NCBI GenBank assembly: GCA_977017645.1
Contig: OZ360242.1
Coordinates: 38,688,001 to 38,752,000, forward strand
DNA length: 64,000 nucleotides
Direction of reading: 5' to 3'
Source of the DNA: Torpedo marmorata
Lineage: Eukaryota
Shown in pieces: positions 11,375 through 24,218 of this stretch. The position numbers were made by a program, and so were the translations under genes. The notes below the pieces were generated by a model. It was not told the DNA's origin, searched no databases, and worked only from the letters and a program-made list of their open reading frames with translations. How positions within the stretch are numbered: position 1 is the first letter of the stretch; each line of letters begins with the position of its first letter.

Positions 11375-13090
11375 TATTAAAAATAAATGAATATTTTACC
11401 TACATTTTTGTATGTATTCCAAGCACTTCCAGTATTTATCCCTAAAGTATTTTTTAATCAAATAGACTCTTTCATTTCATCTTTTATTTGGAATGGTAAA
11501 AGACCAAGAGTAAGAAAGGAAGTACTACAAAATGACAAACCACAGGGTGGTTTTGCTTTACCTAATTACAGGAAATATTATTGGGCTGCTAACATTAGAT
11601 TTATTAATATTTGGATACATTTTAAGAATTATCAAGAAAGATTTAAATGGATGAAATCAGAAATGAAGGTTATAGGTAAACATTTGTTAGTATCCATATT
11701 AGGAATGCCTTCACCCTTTAAATATTGCAAAATTTCTAATAACAAGATAGTTAAACAATTGTTAAAACTATGGTTCCAATTCAGAAAAGCAAATAATTTC
11801 CTTAATTTCTTGCTTGATAGTACAATAAATTTCAATACCTTTTTTTACCCCAGCTAGTGGGGATAGAGGGTTCCAGATTTGGCAAGATCACAGTATATGT
11901 TCATTTAAAAACTTGTTTATAGCTCTAATTTTATTACTTTTGAACAGTTGGTTAATAAGTGTAACTCATCTAGAAACAATTATTTTAGATACTTTCAAGT
12001 TAGGAATTTTATAAATTCCTTGAGATTGGAGTTTCCTTTAGATTTAAAGTTAGTAATCATAGAAGAGGTTTTTACTATCACTCCTGATATACCAAAACCA
12101 TTTTCAGTATTTTATAACCTTTTAGAAAAAATATGATACAGCATGTGGATAAAATAAAGGAGGCTTGGGAAAGAGATTTTTTAGAAGTTTTTTCACCTTC
12201 AGTGTGGTCCAATATTTTGGACCGTATCCATACCTCTTCATTATGTGCAAGACATAATTTAATTCAATTCAAAATAGTTCACAGAGCTCATTACTCGAAA
12301 TCTTTACTGGCTAAATTTTCATCAAATATATCATCTATGTGTGATAGATGTAATGTTCATGAAGGTACATTATTTCACATGTTTTGGTTCTGCCCTAAGT
12401 TAGTTAGATTTTGGAACAAAATTTTTTGTACTCTTTCTTTGGTTTTAGCTACTCAATTAGATCCAAATCCATTTATAGCAATATTTGGTATAAATGATCC
12501 TAATAATCATGATCTTACTAATAATCAAAAACATGTGATTGCTTTTTCATCTCTGGTTGCAAGGTGACAGATGTTGCTAAAATGGAAGGATGGTAATCCT
12601 CCTATCTATGAAGATTGGCTATCAAGTTTAATGTCCTATTTAACATTAGAAAAGATTAGATGTTCAAATATTAAATAAAACCTAAAATTTACTAATATTT
12701 GGGGTTCCTTTATTGACTATTATCAGAGTTTATGATTCCTCATGATTTGAAGTTATATTATTTCTACCGGTCAGTGCAAAACTGGGGTGGGGGTAGGTGG
12801 TAGGCTAGTTTAGATTGCTTTAGCTTTTATAAAAAAAAGTATTATGATGAAATTACTATATTATCTTTTTTTTGTGGTTTGGTTCTTTTTATACCTATTG
12901 GTATTATAATACTAAATTGTAAAGAAAAAAAATTGATATATATATATCTGTAATGTATACTCTGGTATGGATGGATTAATGGAACATGTGATAATGCTTT
13001 TCTTTGCTTTTTTTTCTGTAAACGTATATAGTGAATGACCTGTTATATCCATGATTTTATGGAATTAATAAAGAGATTTAAAAAAGAAAG
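11375..13090 (+). mobile_element. 5'-truncated L1 (ORF2 C-terminus and 3'UTR) inside provirus 1
   Basis: MNILPTFLYVFQALP, FIWNGKRPRV, GGFALPNYRKYYWAA and the zinc finger CDRC...HMFWFC. Ends in AATAAA and an A-rich tail at 13066-13090. Confidence 0.9.
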
Positions 13091-16000
13091 AAGGTGCCAG
13101 TGGGTTATTATGAAAAATATGGGGTGTTGATGAGAAAGTGGAGACCATGTGATGTTCCTGCTCGTGAAGAATGGGCAGTAGTGCAGCAGGTTGTGATCCC
13201 TAAAGTATATAGGGACGAAATAATAACTTTGGCTTATAGCACACCCTTAGGTGGTCACCTTGGGGTGAAGAAAACTATAAGGAAGATAATGAAACAATTT
13301 TATTGGCCAAGTTTAAGAAGGGAGGTTGTAAGCTTTTGCCGGGCCTGTCACACTTGTCAGGTGGTGGGTAATCAGGGTCCCCCGGTGGCACCCTTGCAAC
13401 CTATCCCTGCTTTCAGTGAGCTTTTCTCGAGAGTGATTGTGGACTGTGTTGGCTCATTGCCCAAAACCAAAGCGGGGAATGAGTATTTGTTAACAATTAA
13501 CAGCCACCAGATCTCCAGAGGTCATTCCTCTGAGAAACCTTAAAGCAAAGGCAATTGTAAAGGCTATGGTAAAGATTTTCACCTTGGTAGGTTTGCCAAG
13601 GGAAATTCAATCAGATCAGGGTAGTAATTTCATGTCAAGTCAAGTCACCTTTATTTGTCGTTCATTACCATATACACAGTAAGACGAGATAGCGTTTATC
13701 CAGGACCATGGGCAGATGCACATAAATATCATAATACAATAAAAAACTATAACATGCTATAATACACATATATATCTAGGAATTGAGGAGCCTGATGGCT
13801 TGGGGGAAAAAACTGTTGCACAGTCTGGACGTACGAGCCCGAATGCTTCAGAACCTCCTTCCAGATGGCAAAAGGGAAAACAGTTTACCAAAGGGGTGTG
13901 AGAAGTCCTTCACAATGTTATAAGCCTTCCTCATGCATCGTGTGTTGTAGATGTCCGTCATGGTGGGGAGAGAGACTCCAATAATTTTCTCCGCTGACCC
14001 CACTATCCTCTGCAGGGTCTTTCGGTCCGAGATGGTACAGTTTCCAAACCAAGTGGTGTTGCAATTGCTCAGAATACTCTCAATACATCCCCTGTAGAAT
14101 GTAGTAAGGATAGGGGGTGGGAGATGAATTTTCCTCAGCCTTCGCAGGAAGTAAAGACGCTGCTGGGCTTTCTTGACTACGGAACTGGTGTTGAGGGACC
14201 ACCTGAGACTCTCCCCCAAGTGCACTCCAAGAAGCTTGGTACTCTTTACGACCTCAACGGTAGAGTCGTCCATGGTCAATGGAGAATGACCCCCCGGGCC
14301 CTTCTGAAGTCGACAACCAACTCGTTCGTTTTGTTTACATTCAGATGCAGGTTGTTGGCTCCGCACCATTCCATTAGTGACTGCACCTCATGTCTGGCGT
14401 ATTCCAACAAGTGGTTGATAGATTGGGAGTTAAACAGATTGTATCCTCTGCGTACCATCCAGAAAGTCAAGGGGCCTTGGAGAGGTTCCATTCGGCTTTG
14501 AAAAACATGATTAGAACCTATTGTTGTGAGAAGGAAAAGGATTGGAATGAGGGGGTTCGTTTGTTGTTATTTTCAGCGAGGGAGTCTGTCCAAGAATCAC
14601 TTGGTTTTAGTCCATTCGAGTTAGTTTTCGGACATGAGGTGAGAGGTCCTTTAGGTTATTAAAAGAACAGTGGATTAATAGTGCTGTGCATTTACATCTG
14701 TTGGATTATGTTTCCAAATTTAAGGATCGGTTGCATAAAGCTTGTGAGATGGCAAAGGAGACTTTAAAGGCCACTCAACAAAGAATGAAGGTTTGGTATG
14801 ATCGAAAGACCAAGGTGAGAACTTTAAAACCTGGTGAGAATGTATTAGTTCTGTTTCCCACACATTCAAATCCTGTTAGGGCTAGATTTTCAGGACCCTA
14901 TAGAGTTGAGGCAAAATTTAATGAGGTCACCTATGTCATAGAAACACCTAATCGCAGACGAGACACACAGGTCTGTCATGTGAATATGATTAAGCCATAT
15001 TTTGATCAGGTGCCGCACAAAGAGACTGAACATTTACCAGAGGTGCTGGTTATCGACCAGGGTAAGGAGGAGACAGATAAAACCAGTTTCAGAGAGGGTC
15101 ATTGGAAACATAAATTGATAAGCCCGAGGTTAGAATATTCCATGATTTTGCGCAATCTGGAGACAAAGTTGGCTCATCTCAAAACTTCCGAAAAGGAAGA
15201 GATGAGTCACTTATTTTTAAAATTTATAAATTTATTTCCCGATGTGCCTCATAAAATTTCCATCGCTTATCATGATGTGGATGTAGGAGATGCAAGACCG
15301 ATAAAACAGCATTCCGATCAAATATATGCGGAAAAGTGCAAACTGGTAGATCAGGAAATTGACTACATGGTAAAGAACAGTATCATTCGAAAGTCTACTT
15401 CCAATTGGAGTTCCCCTTGTGTTTTAGTGCCTAAGCCTGATGGAACGGTTAGGTTTTGCACTGATTATAGGAAAGTAAATGCTGTGACAAAGACAGATGC
15501 TTATCCTATTCCTAGAATAGACGATTGTATAGACAAGGTTGGAAAGGCCAAATTTCTTACTAAAATTGACATTCAACGGGTACTGGTGTGTTCCTTTGAC
15601 AAAAAGGGCGAGGGTAATTTCTGCATTTGTAACACCTTTTGGGCTGTATGAGTATAATGTGATGCCTTTTGGTATGAAGAATACTCCAGGAACATTTCAG
15701 AGAATGATCAATTCAGTAATTCAAGGGTTGAAAAACACAGGAGCTTACATTGATGATTTAATTGTAAGTAATGACACCTGGGAAGAGCATGTCTTTGACT
15801 TAAAACAATTGTTCAAATGATTGTCAAAAGCAAATCTCACAGTTAATTTAAGTAAAAGTGAGTTTGGACATGTGACTGTTATTTATCTGGGTTATGTAGT
15901 AGGACAGGGGCAGTTAGCGCCAGTGGAGGCCAAGGTTGTGACTATTTCCGAGTTCCCTGTTCCAAATGGTAAGAAAACTCTGAGGAGGTTCCTGGGAATA

Positions 16001-16520
16001 ATTGGCTACTACCGCAAGTTATGTAAAAACTTTGCAGATCTTTTGCTCCCTCTCACAAATTTGCTTAGAAAGGGAGAAAAATTTGTATGGTCGACAGGTT
16101 GTCAGGAAGCATTTGCCAAAAAAAAAGCCATTTTATGCCACCAACCTGTGCTTAAGTCATTTGAATTAGAAAAGCCATTTTCTTTAGCCGTGGATGCCAG
16201 CGATGAAGCTGTGGGCACGGTGCTGTTACAGAAGAAGAACAAAGAAGACATTGACCATCCGGTATCCTACTTCTCGAAGAAGTTCAATGATCATCAAAGG
16301 AATTATTCAACCATAGAAAAAGAGTTGTTAGCTCTTGTGTTGGCTCTACAACACTTTGATGTGTATGTCTGTGCAGCTCAAAAACCACTCATAGTGTATA
16401 CTGACCATAATCCATTGGTTTTTCTTTGTAAAATTGGAGTCTAATTTTGCAAGAATATGATTTAATGATAACACATATAAAAGGGAAAGATAATGTAATC
16501 GCTGATTGTCTTTCTAAAAT
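13091..16520 (+). pseudogene. pol: Degenerate Gypsy pol: integrase, then RT, then RNase H
   Basis: Integrase zinc-binding part GGHLG...CHTC; core motifs IVDCVG, SDQG and YHPESQGALERFH; RT motifs WSSPCVLVPKPDG, CTDYRKVN and AYIDD; RNase H motifs LAVDASD, YSTIEKE and YTDHNPL. Contains stops and frameshifts. Confidence 0.93.
13637..14387 (-). mobile_element. Rex1/Babar-type LINE fragment (second family) inserted in the integrase
   Basis: ORF 13848-14369 has KLLGVHL...KKAQQRLYFLRRL. (GACTT)n tail. TCATGTC is duplicated at 13630-13636 and 14388-14394. Confidence 0.9.
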
Positions 16521-16658
16521 GCTACACTTTATAAATGAAAATAGTTCATATTTTTGTGTTTGTGGATGAACATTGTGGGTTTTGTTTATATTGTGACACC
16601 TCAATTAATTTCCAAAATTTTGTTCTTGCAGACCAAAATTTTCTTTGTGGTTGGGAGG

Positions 16659-17354
16659 TGTTATGGACTATAACTAACCATTTGGACTGCGGACGGTCAG
16701 CAGGAAGGATCAATTCTTTTGAGTACACACTGGGATCAGGTACTGAAAGATTTAACTTGCCCAGGGCTGGCTGTGCTCAGAGAGAGACACACATCGGGAG
16801 AGAGACAGGCTGTGGAAAAGATACTTTGCTGCACTTTTGCAAAAGCTGGTGCAAACCTCTGCAAAACACATTCAGTTTGGAGTTGCAAAAGGCTATAGTA
16901 ACACCACCAAAAACAGGCTTGTGCATTCCAGTAAGGAAGACTGGGGGAAATAGCACATGGCCTCTTGTATCAGCAAAATCCTGATATAAAGCAACTTTGA
17001 TGGAGAACAGGCGTGAGATCTGTGAGACAGGCTGTGAGATCCAAGTACATGCCTCCTTCAGTGGTATACTGATTTTGAACAGCAACCCTCGTGCACCTAC
17101 CAAAAGGGAAAGTCATCGGAAGGAAAGCAGACCAAGCATTCATAAGCTTAATCAGTCATTGTCTCTCTCTCCAACGTTCATTAAGAAGTCCTTTGTGCCA
17201 GCGCACAGAGCTGAATTTGGACCCTGAACATAGAGAGTGATTTTTGTGGACTGTATTTTTGGGACTGACTTATTTTTATGACTGACCTGGGGTTTTGGGG
17301 AAGGTTTTCTATTTTTTTTCTTGAGGATTGGGTGCAGACTGTAATGGCCTGGGC

Positions 17355-17393
<39 letters not shown>

Positions 17394-17529
17394 GAATAGT
17401 GATTATAGACGTTTATAGTGGGGTTAATTGTTAAGAAATTACATATTTCATTGTCTTTAATAAATATAAATTTCAATTTTACTCCTTTTGCATTGCGTCT
17501 TCCGTCGTTGCTGGTTTGAATTTGTAACA
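16659..17529 (+). repeat. 3' LTR of provirus 1
   Basis: Direct repeat of 10476-11331, preceded by a G-rich PPT-like GGGAGG. Its (CA)n tract is expanded. Confidence 0.95.
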
Positions 17530-17547
17530 GTGGTTCAAATGATTAAT

Positions 17548-18240
17548 TAGGTGCCTAACCTTTTATCCGAAAACCTTGGGACTGGACACTTTCCGGAATT
17601 CTGATTTTTTCGGATTATAGAATTATTTTAACGGCGGTACTTTGAAATAATTGTGTTGCTTCAGATTTGCGCAAAACAAAGACACACTCCAACTAGAAGG
17701 GTTTCTGGACGGCGGTGTTGGATGGTGGGGGGTTGCGGTGTCGCTGGATGGGGGGTGCTTGCGGTGGCACTGGACGGAGGGGGTTGCAGCGGCACTGGAC
17801 AGGGGTGTTTGCGGTGGACGGTGGTGTTCGCGGTGGTGCTGGACGTGGGTGTTCGCGGTGGCGCTGTACGGGGGTGCTCGTGGCGGCGCTGGACAGGGGT
17901 GTTCGCGGTGGACGGTGGTGGTCGCGCCGGCGCTGGACATGGGTGTTCGCGGTGGCGCTGTACAGGGGTGCTTGTGGTGGTGCTGGACAGGGGTGTTCGC
18001 GGTGACGCTGGATGGGTGTGTTCGCGGCGACGCTGGACGGGGGGGGGTTTGTAAATGATGTGAGATAAAGATAGACCATAAAATTACTAGCGTACTTTTT
18101 ATTTTTAAGTAAAACATACAGTAAAACTTCAAACATTAAGTGGCTCAAACTATGCTAAACACCTGAAAATATACTGGAAAAAATGTTCACTTTTCGGAGG
18201 TTTTCAGTTTTCGGAATTTCGGTAAAAGGTTAGGCACCTG
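17548..18240. mobile_element. Tigger/pogo-like MITE containing a GC-rich minisatellite
   Basis: Terminal inverted repeats (T)AGGTGCCTAACCTTTTATCCGAAA and TTTCGGTAAAAGGTTAGGCACCTG|TA, with subterminal TTTTCGGA repeats. Confidence 0.8.
17700..18050. repeat. GC-rich minisatellite, unit about 23-26 bp
   Basis: Tandem GGTGTTCGCGGTGGCGCTG(G/T)AC(A)GGG units. Confidence 0.9.
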
Positions 18241-19196
18241 TAATTGTTCTCAAACAATTATGCATTCCCAATGCCACGTGGATATAAAAGTCTAAATTTT
18301 CATTTAAGTTTTGACCTCTCATTACTTGACAGGTATACAGCTTATTTCTCATATGTCTCCATCTCCATTCATTTTGGTAACTGTTCATGCATCTTACATT
18401 ACTGTTCCTCATTGGCATTTGCCCTTTCTCTGACTTTCATTCTCTTCCCTTGCCTCTTCTGTTACAACAAGGGAAAAGCAAAATGTGCAAAAGAAATGAT
18501 AAAAGAAAAAGCAGATAAGAATGAAACAAACTCATCCAAGCATCCTTGCGAAGTTACCCAATAGATTTCCATTTGTTTTTATTTATGAAGAATATTCTGC
18601 CAGATCTGGCAAAGGAACTGGTTATTTTATTAATTCCATGACAGATTTCTCTTCAGCTACTGTGTGATAGCTCATAACTGACCTTTATACAGCCTACCTG
18701 CCATGCTTACCTTTATTTGCCATTCACAGCCAAACCTCTGCAAATTTGTGGCTTTATGAAAATTAAAATACATCATATCTATTTAAAATATTATACACCC
18801 CAACCCTTATCACATTATTTGTTGACCTTGACTTCATGATGGGCACTGCCACTGTGTAATAAATCAGTCACTAACCTTTGGCCTTCATGTCTATTTGCCA
18901 TTCAACTTGGAAAATTAGTATTTATGTCCACCTATGCTTTGAAGCATAAAGAGGATTTATTTAAACACCTTATTACGGTTAAAGGAGAATTTCTCCATTT
19001 GTCCTCAAAGACACAAATTGCACTTCAATCTATTTCAATTATATTTTTGCAGTATTGCTAATAATTCATCCATGCTACAAGTAAACAATCAAGTCATGAT
19101 CACTTGAACGGGAAGCTGAATTGCAACAGGAGGAGCAGCATATTGGATGATGTGCACTGTCATGTTTTCATATGATGGCTAAATTGAGAACATATC

Positions 19197-19381
19197 AAGA
19201 TTCAAGATTTTTAAAAAAAGAAAAAAAAGATTCAAGATTAATTAATTGCCATGTATTAAAACAGGTATAATATTACATGAAATTGGCTTTAGTCTGCCGT
19301 AAGGCAGTCAGATTCATCATCAGCAGAAATTGCTGTCAGTCAGAGAAAGAGAAGCAAAAGAGAGTCCCCCCAGAGTCACTA
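19197..19381 (-). mobile_element. 3' fragment of the non-autonomous retroposon (copy 3)
   Basis: Matches 491-660 (ttcaagatt...cagagaaagagaagcaaaagagagt.ccccagagtcac). Confidence 0.75.
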
Positions 19382-20549
19382 CTGGAGACTCAGTTGTAGG
19401 AAGGATGAATACATTGATTGTATGAGTTTTAGTTTTCAATTAATGTACAATGTTAAGATGAAACATTATTCACACTTTGGAATTGGTTTAAAATTTCATT
19501 GTTTTTCCAATGGATTGTGGACGGGACAGTCATTATCACCTAATGACTTTTGAAGGAATGCCCCAACTGTTCTAGCAGATGTGCCTTATTTAATACGATT
19601 GGTGACCCAACAGTATAAGCTCTGCTGCTTTTCCTATGGTCGCTGTGTGGAAGAGCATGGTGTACAGTGGGCTGGAAACAAAATGGGCTTGCAGTAGCAC
19701 CTGAAAGGTGAAGGCTGAAAATTGGCTGTCAGTGGAGCAGGAAAGAAAATTAGCAAAGACAGTTCAAAAACATGGCAATGGGATAACTGAGTGCAAAAGG
19801 AACAAAGAACTGAACTGAGGAGCTAAATCTTCAGGGCATTAAATTGTTGGATCTGCTTGCAGTTTCATCTGACTGCAGGTTTTAAGATTGCCTTGCCACC
19901 TCCAGTGTCCATTGGCTCATGAGAGGGCTGATTGACATGAAAGGTCTGAAGTGGGTAATAACAATATTTAGCCTTGTGCTTAGTAAGAGGAGAAAGATAC
20001 TCCATGGGCAAGAACTTATCAGGCTGAAGGTGTCATTATGGTGCACTAGATACCGGTAAATGTGCTGGAGGAACTCAGCAAGTCACACAACATGGCATAT
20101 TTGTGTATTGGACCGAACCCCAGCATCTGCAGACTTTATTGTTTAACTCCAGTGTTGTCATCGGGTCAGTTTATTAATACTTAACTGCAACTAAATTCTA
20201 TTTGCATGCTACTCTGTTCTCACTTGGAGTAAAAAAGCAGATTCCTCTAGCACAAGGGTTCCTGACCATTTTAAATGAAAGCCCTCTTCTTCATGCTCAG
20301 CAAGACAAGTGCTCACCCTGATGGAGATGCCTCATGACATCATGGGCCACAATTGTTGAAGAGATGGGCTGCCCCAGGGATTCCAGGCAATTGCTTGAAA
20401 TTCAATGGCTGGAATAACTAGTGGGCCATGAGTATGTTTTATTTCTCTATTTCCTTGGAACTTTCGAACTAATATTCATAAAGCCTGTGGTCCATTGTAA
20501 AGTTTAACACTTCTTCCCTTTTCTCTCAAACTTTTAGCCACTTTTTGTA

Positions 20550-23500
20550 AAAGATGGCGCCTTCCAGAGGCGCCATCTTTGTGTGCAGCTCTGACGGGAA
20601 TTATCAAATATTCCCGTTCAGAACTATTAAAATTCAACCCAAGAACCAGAACCATAAAATCAAACTTACCCGTGAATAAGGATATCCTAAGATCGCTAGC
20701 AGACCTTGGAATTGGAAGTATCGGCAGTCTCCGTTGGACTGCGGGACCTTTAAACAGCCGGCACTCAGGCAAGCTCAACACTGCGGGAGTTTTAAACAGT
20801 CAGTGATCGGGCCATTTAAACTTTGCGGGAGTCGCAAACAGCAGATGCTCAGTCCAAATAAACATCGCGTGAGATTTAAAGAGACATCGCACGGACCATT
20901 TAAACACCATGGGAATTACCAGCGGTGGATCCACAGGCCATGTAAAGAAGACCCGACCACGTGGACGCAGAGGGGGGCAACAGGTTAAGCTGAGACGCCG
21001 GGCCCTGAGGCTTCTGCTCCCTACCATCTTCCTGGCCAATGTACAATCCTTGGAGAACAAACTCGATGAACTCCAAGCCAGACTTTAACATCAGAGAGAC
21101 ATCAGGGAGTGCTGTGTGATGTGCTTTACAGAAACATGGTTAAACGCAGACATTCCAGACACGGCGCTACAGCCCGTGAGCTACACCCTCCACCGCGCTG
21201 ACCAGACAGCGGCATCAGAAAAAACCAGGAGTGGCAGCATTTGTGTCATCATCAATTCATCATGGTGCACAAACGTGACGGTTATGTCCCAGTCCTGCTC
21301 CCCGGACCTGGAACATCTGGCGATCAAGTGCCGCCCATTCTACCTGCCGAGGGAGTTCACCGCCATCATCCTGGTCGCAGTGTAAATTCCACCCCAGGCT
21401 AATGTCAGGCTGGCACTGGAGGGACTGAGCACTGTGATTAAAAGCCATGAGACAGCACATCCTGATGCCTTCCCGATCATTGTAGGGGACTTCAATCAGG
21501 TCAACCTGAAGAAGTTTCTGACAAACTACCACCATCATGTCACATGTGAGACCAGGGGAGCCAACACACTCAACCACTGCTACTCCACCATAAAGAATGC
21601 CTACCGAGCCATACCACGACCGCACTTCGGAAAGTCTGATCACCTGGCTGTACTTCTACTCCCGGCGAACAAGCAGAGACTGAGGACAGCAGCACCAGCA
21701 GTGAAGACGGCGAAAGAATGGTCGAGGGAAGCGGAGGAGCGTCTGCAGGACTGCTTTGAATTACTGGACTGGACCATATTCAAGAACTCATCCATAGACT
21801 TGAATGAATATGCAACAGGTGTCATCGACTTCATCAAGACCTGCGTGGATGAGTGTGTGCCCGCATGCACATACCGGGTGTTCCCCAACCAGAAGCCTTG
21901 GATGAATCAGAGGATTCGCAACCTGCTGAGGGCGAGATCAAGGGCGTTTAAGGTCGGGGATCTGGATCTCTACAAGAAGTCCAGGTACGACCTGCGGAAG
22001 GCTATCTCTGAAGCAAAGTGGCAATTCCAGAGGAAGCTAGAGACAGAGACAGATACACGCCAGATATGGCAGGGAATGCAGGCCATTACAGCCTACAAAC
22101 CGAGGGCAAACACTATAGACGGCTGTGATGCTTCATTACCCGATGAGCTGAACACCATCTATGCCCGCTTTGAGGAGAACCCAACAGTGCCTACTAGAAC
22201 CCCTGAAAAGGCTGAGGACCCTATGATATCTGTCTCTGAGGATGACGTCAGAACATCATTCAAGAGGGTGAACCCTCACAAGGCATCAGGCCCAGACGGC
22301 GTACCTGGCAGGGTACTGAAAATCTGCGCCAACTAACTAGCCGGAGTGTTCACGGACATTTGCAACCTCTCATTGCTGCAGTCAGAGGTTCCTACCTGCT
22401 TCAAAAGGTCATCAATCATCCCGATGCTCAAGAAGAGCAGTGTGAGCTGCCTCAACGACTATCGCCCAGCAGCATTAACATCTACTATGATAAATATCAT
22501 TTCTTTTTGAAAATTTGGAGCCCATATATGAGAGCTGTGGGTTTAGGGATTTGAAGATCTCTAGATATCGGATCTACTGGCATAATTGACCTCCGTAATA
22601 GAATTAGTTTATAGATGATATTCCCCTTACACTATCTTTTCCTTTCTTTTTTTTTTCTATTTCGATTTTTTTTTTTTTTTTTTTTTACTTATATTACTAG
22701 ATTAGTGGGGATGGGGGGTTAGGGAGGGGAGGGAGGTGGGGGGGGGGGTGTAAAATGTATCACATGTATTTTGATGATCATATATTTTATTTTATGTATT
22801 TTGTGATTAAAAGTTTAAATTTTAAAAAAAACATCTACTATGATGAAATGTTTTGAGAGGCTGGTCATGGCCAGAATTAATACGTATCAAAGCAAAGGTC
22901 TGGACCCAATGCAATTCGCCTATCATTACAATAACTCCACAGCAGATGCAATATCACTGGTTCTCCAATCAGCTCTGGATCACTTTGAAAACAGCAACTC
23001 ATACATACGGCTGCTGTTCATCGACTACAGCTCATCCTTCAACACCATTATTCCCTCAGTGCTGGTCAAAAAGCTACAAACTCTGGGCCTCTGCACCCCT
23101 GTCTGCAACTGTATCCTTGACTTCCTCATTGGAAGACCACAGTCAGTATGAATTGGAAACAACTTCTACTCACAAATGGCAATGAGGAAGCTTACAGGAG
23201 GGAGATAGATCAGCTAGTTTAGTGGTGTCACGCCAACAACCTTGTGCTCAATGTTAGCAAAATGAAGGAGATGATTGTGGACTTCAGGAGGAAGTCAGAA
23301 GAATGCAATCCAGTCCTCATCGAGGCCTCAGGAGTGGAGAGGGTCAAGAACTTCAAATTCCTGGGTGTCAACATCTCCGAGGATCTGTACTGAAGCCTCC
23401 ATGTCAATGCAATCATGAAGAAGGCTCACCAGCAGCTATACTTTGTGAGGTGTCTGAGGAGATTCGGTACGTCATGAAGACTCTCGAAAACCTCTACAGG

Positions 23501-23960
23501 TGTACCGTGGAGAGCATTCTGACTGGTTGCATCACTGTCTGGTATGGAGATGCCAGCGCTCAGGGCAAGAAAAAACTCCAGAGGGTTGTTAACTCGGCCT
23601 GCAACATCACAGGCACTAGACTTCACTCCATCGAGGACATCTACAAGAGGCGGTGTCTTAAAAAGGCAGCCTCTGTCCTCAAGGACCGCCACCACCCAGG
23701 CCATGCCCTCTTCACTCTGCTTCCATCGGGAAAAAGGTACAGGAGCCTAAAGATGAGCACTCAACGGCACAAGGGCAGCTTCTTCCCCACTGCCATCAGA
23801 TTCCTGAATAATCAATGAAGCAAAGACACTGCCTTACTTTTCGTGCACTATATTTTTAAATTTATTGTTGTAAGGCGGTTTATATGAATGTTTGCACTGT
23901 GATGCTGCCGCAAAACAACAAATTTTGTGACATGTTTATGACAATAAATTCTGATTCTGA
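20550..23960 (+). mobile_element. Near full-length Rex1/Babar-type LINE (APE endonuclease plus RT), degenerate
   Basis: Endonuclease motifs LANVQSLENKLDEL, CFTETWL, GDFN and SDH; RT motifs KASGPDG and IDYSSSFNT; (TTCTGA)n tail. About 140 bp holding PQG/FADD are deleted near 23170 relative to 2665-2820. Confidence 0.92.
22492..22829 (+). mobile_element. L1 3' end inserted in the Rex1 element
   Basis: [13 protein letters not shown] plus 3'UTR and A tail. 15-bp TSD AACATCTACTATGAT at 22477-22491 and 22830-22844. Confidence 0.92.
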
Positions 23961-24005
23961 TTTTTTTTTGCTCATTCATGCAAGCACTGTACTTATTCTT
24001 CCAAT

Positions 24006-24218
24006 GGGGCGGCACGGTTAGCGTAGTGGGTCAATTGGGTGTATTTGGGCAGCATGGGCTCATGGGCCGAAAGGGCCAGTTACCGTGCTTTATATCTAAA
24101 TTAAATTTTAAAACTAAATTAAATTAAAATTAAATTAAATTAAATTGAATTATTACAATTTAAAATTAAATTAAATTAATTTGAAAACAATAAAAAATAA
24201 CAAAATTCAATTAAACAT
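24006..24218 (+). mobile_element. Internally deleted HE1-like SINE with an expanded (TAAAT)n tail, interrupted by provirus 2
   Basis: The SINE 5' end GGGGCGGCACGGTTAGCGTAGTGG is joined directly to the 3' part. The tail resumes at 36204-36270. Confidence 0.75.

Larger units (their letters stand above)
10476..17529 (+). mobile_element. Gmr1-like Gypsy LTR retrotransposon, provirus 1 (gag and protease deleted)
   Basis: Paired TGTTA...TAACA LTRs, GTGG TSD (10472-10475 / 17530-17533), tRNA-Pro PBS, and domain order INT-RT-RNaseH. Confidence 0.95.

Noticed and set aside
17623-18148. Multiple overlapping 100-170 aa ORFs, and a possible CRISPR-like array
   Set aside because: By-product of a GC-rich minisatellite. 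The units are tandem with no unique spacers, and the context is eukaryotic.
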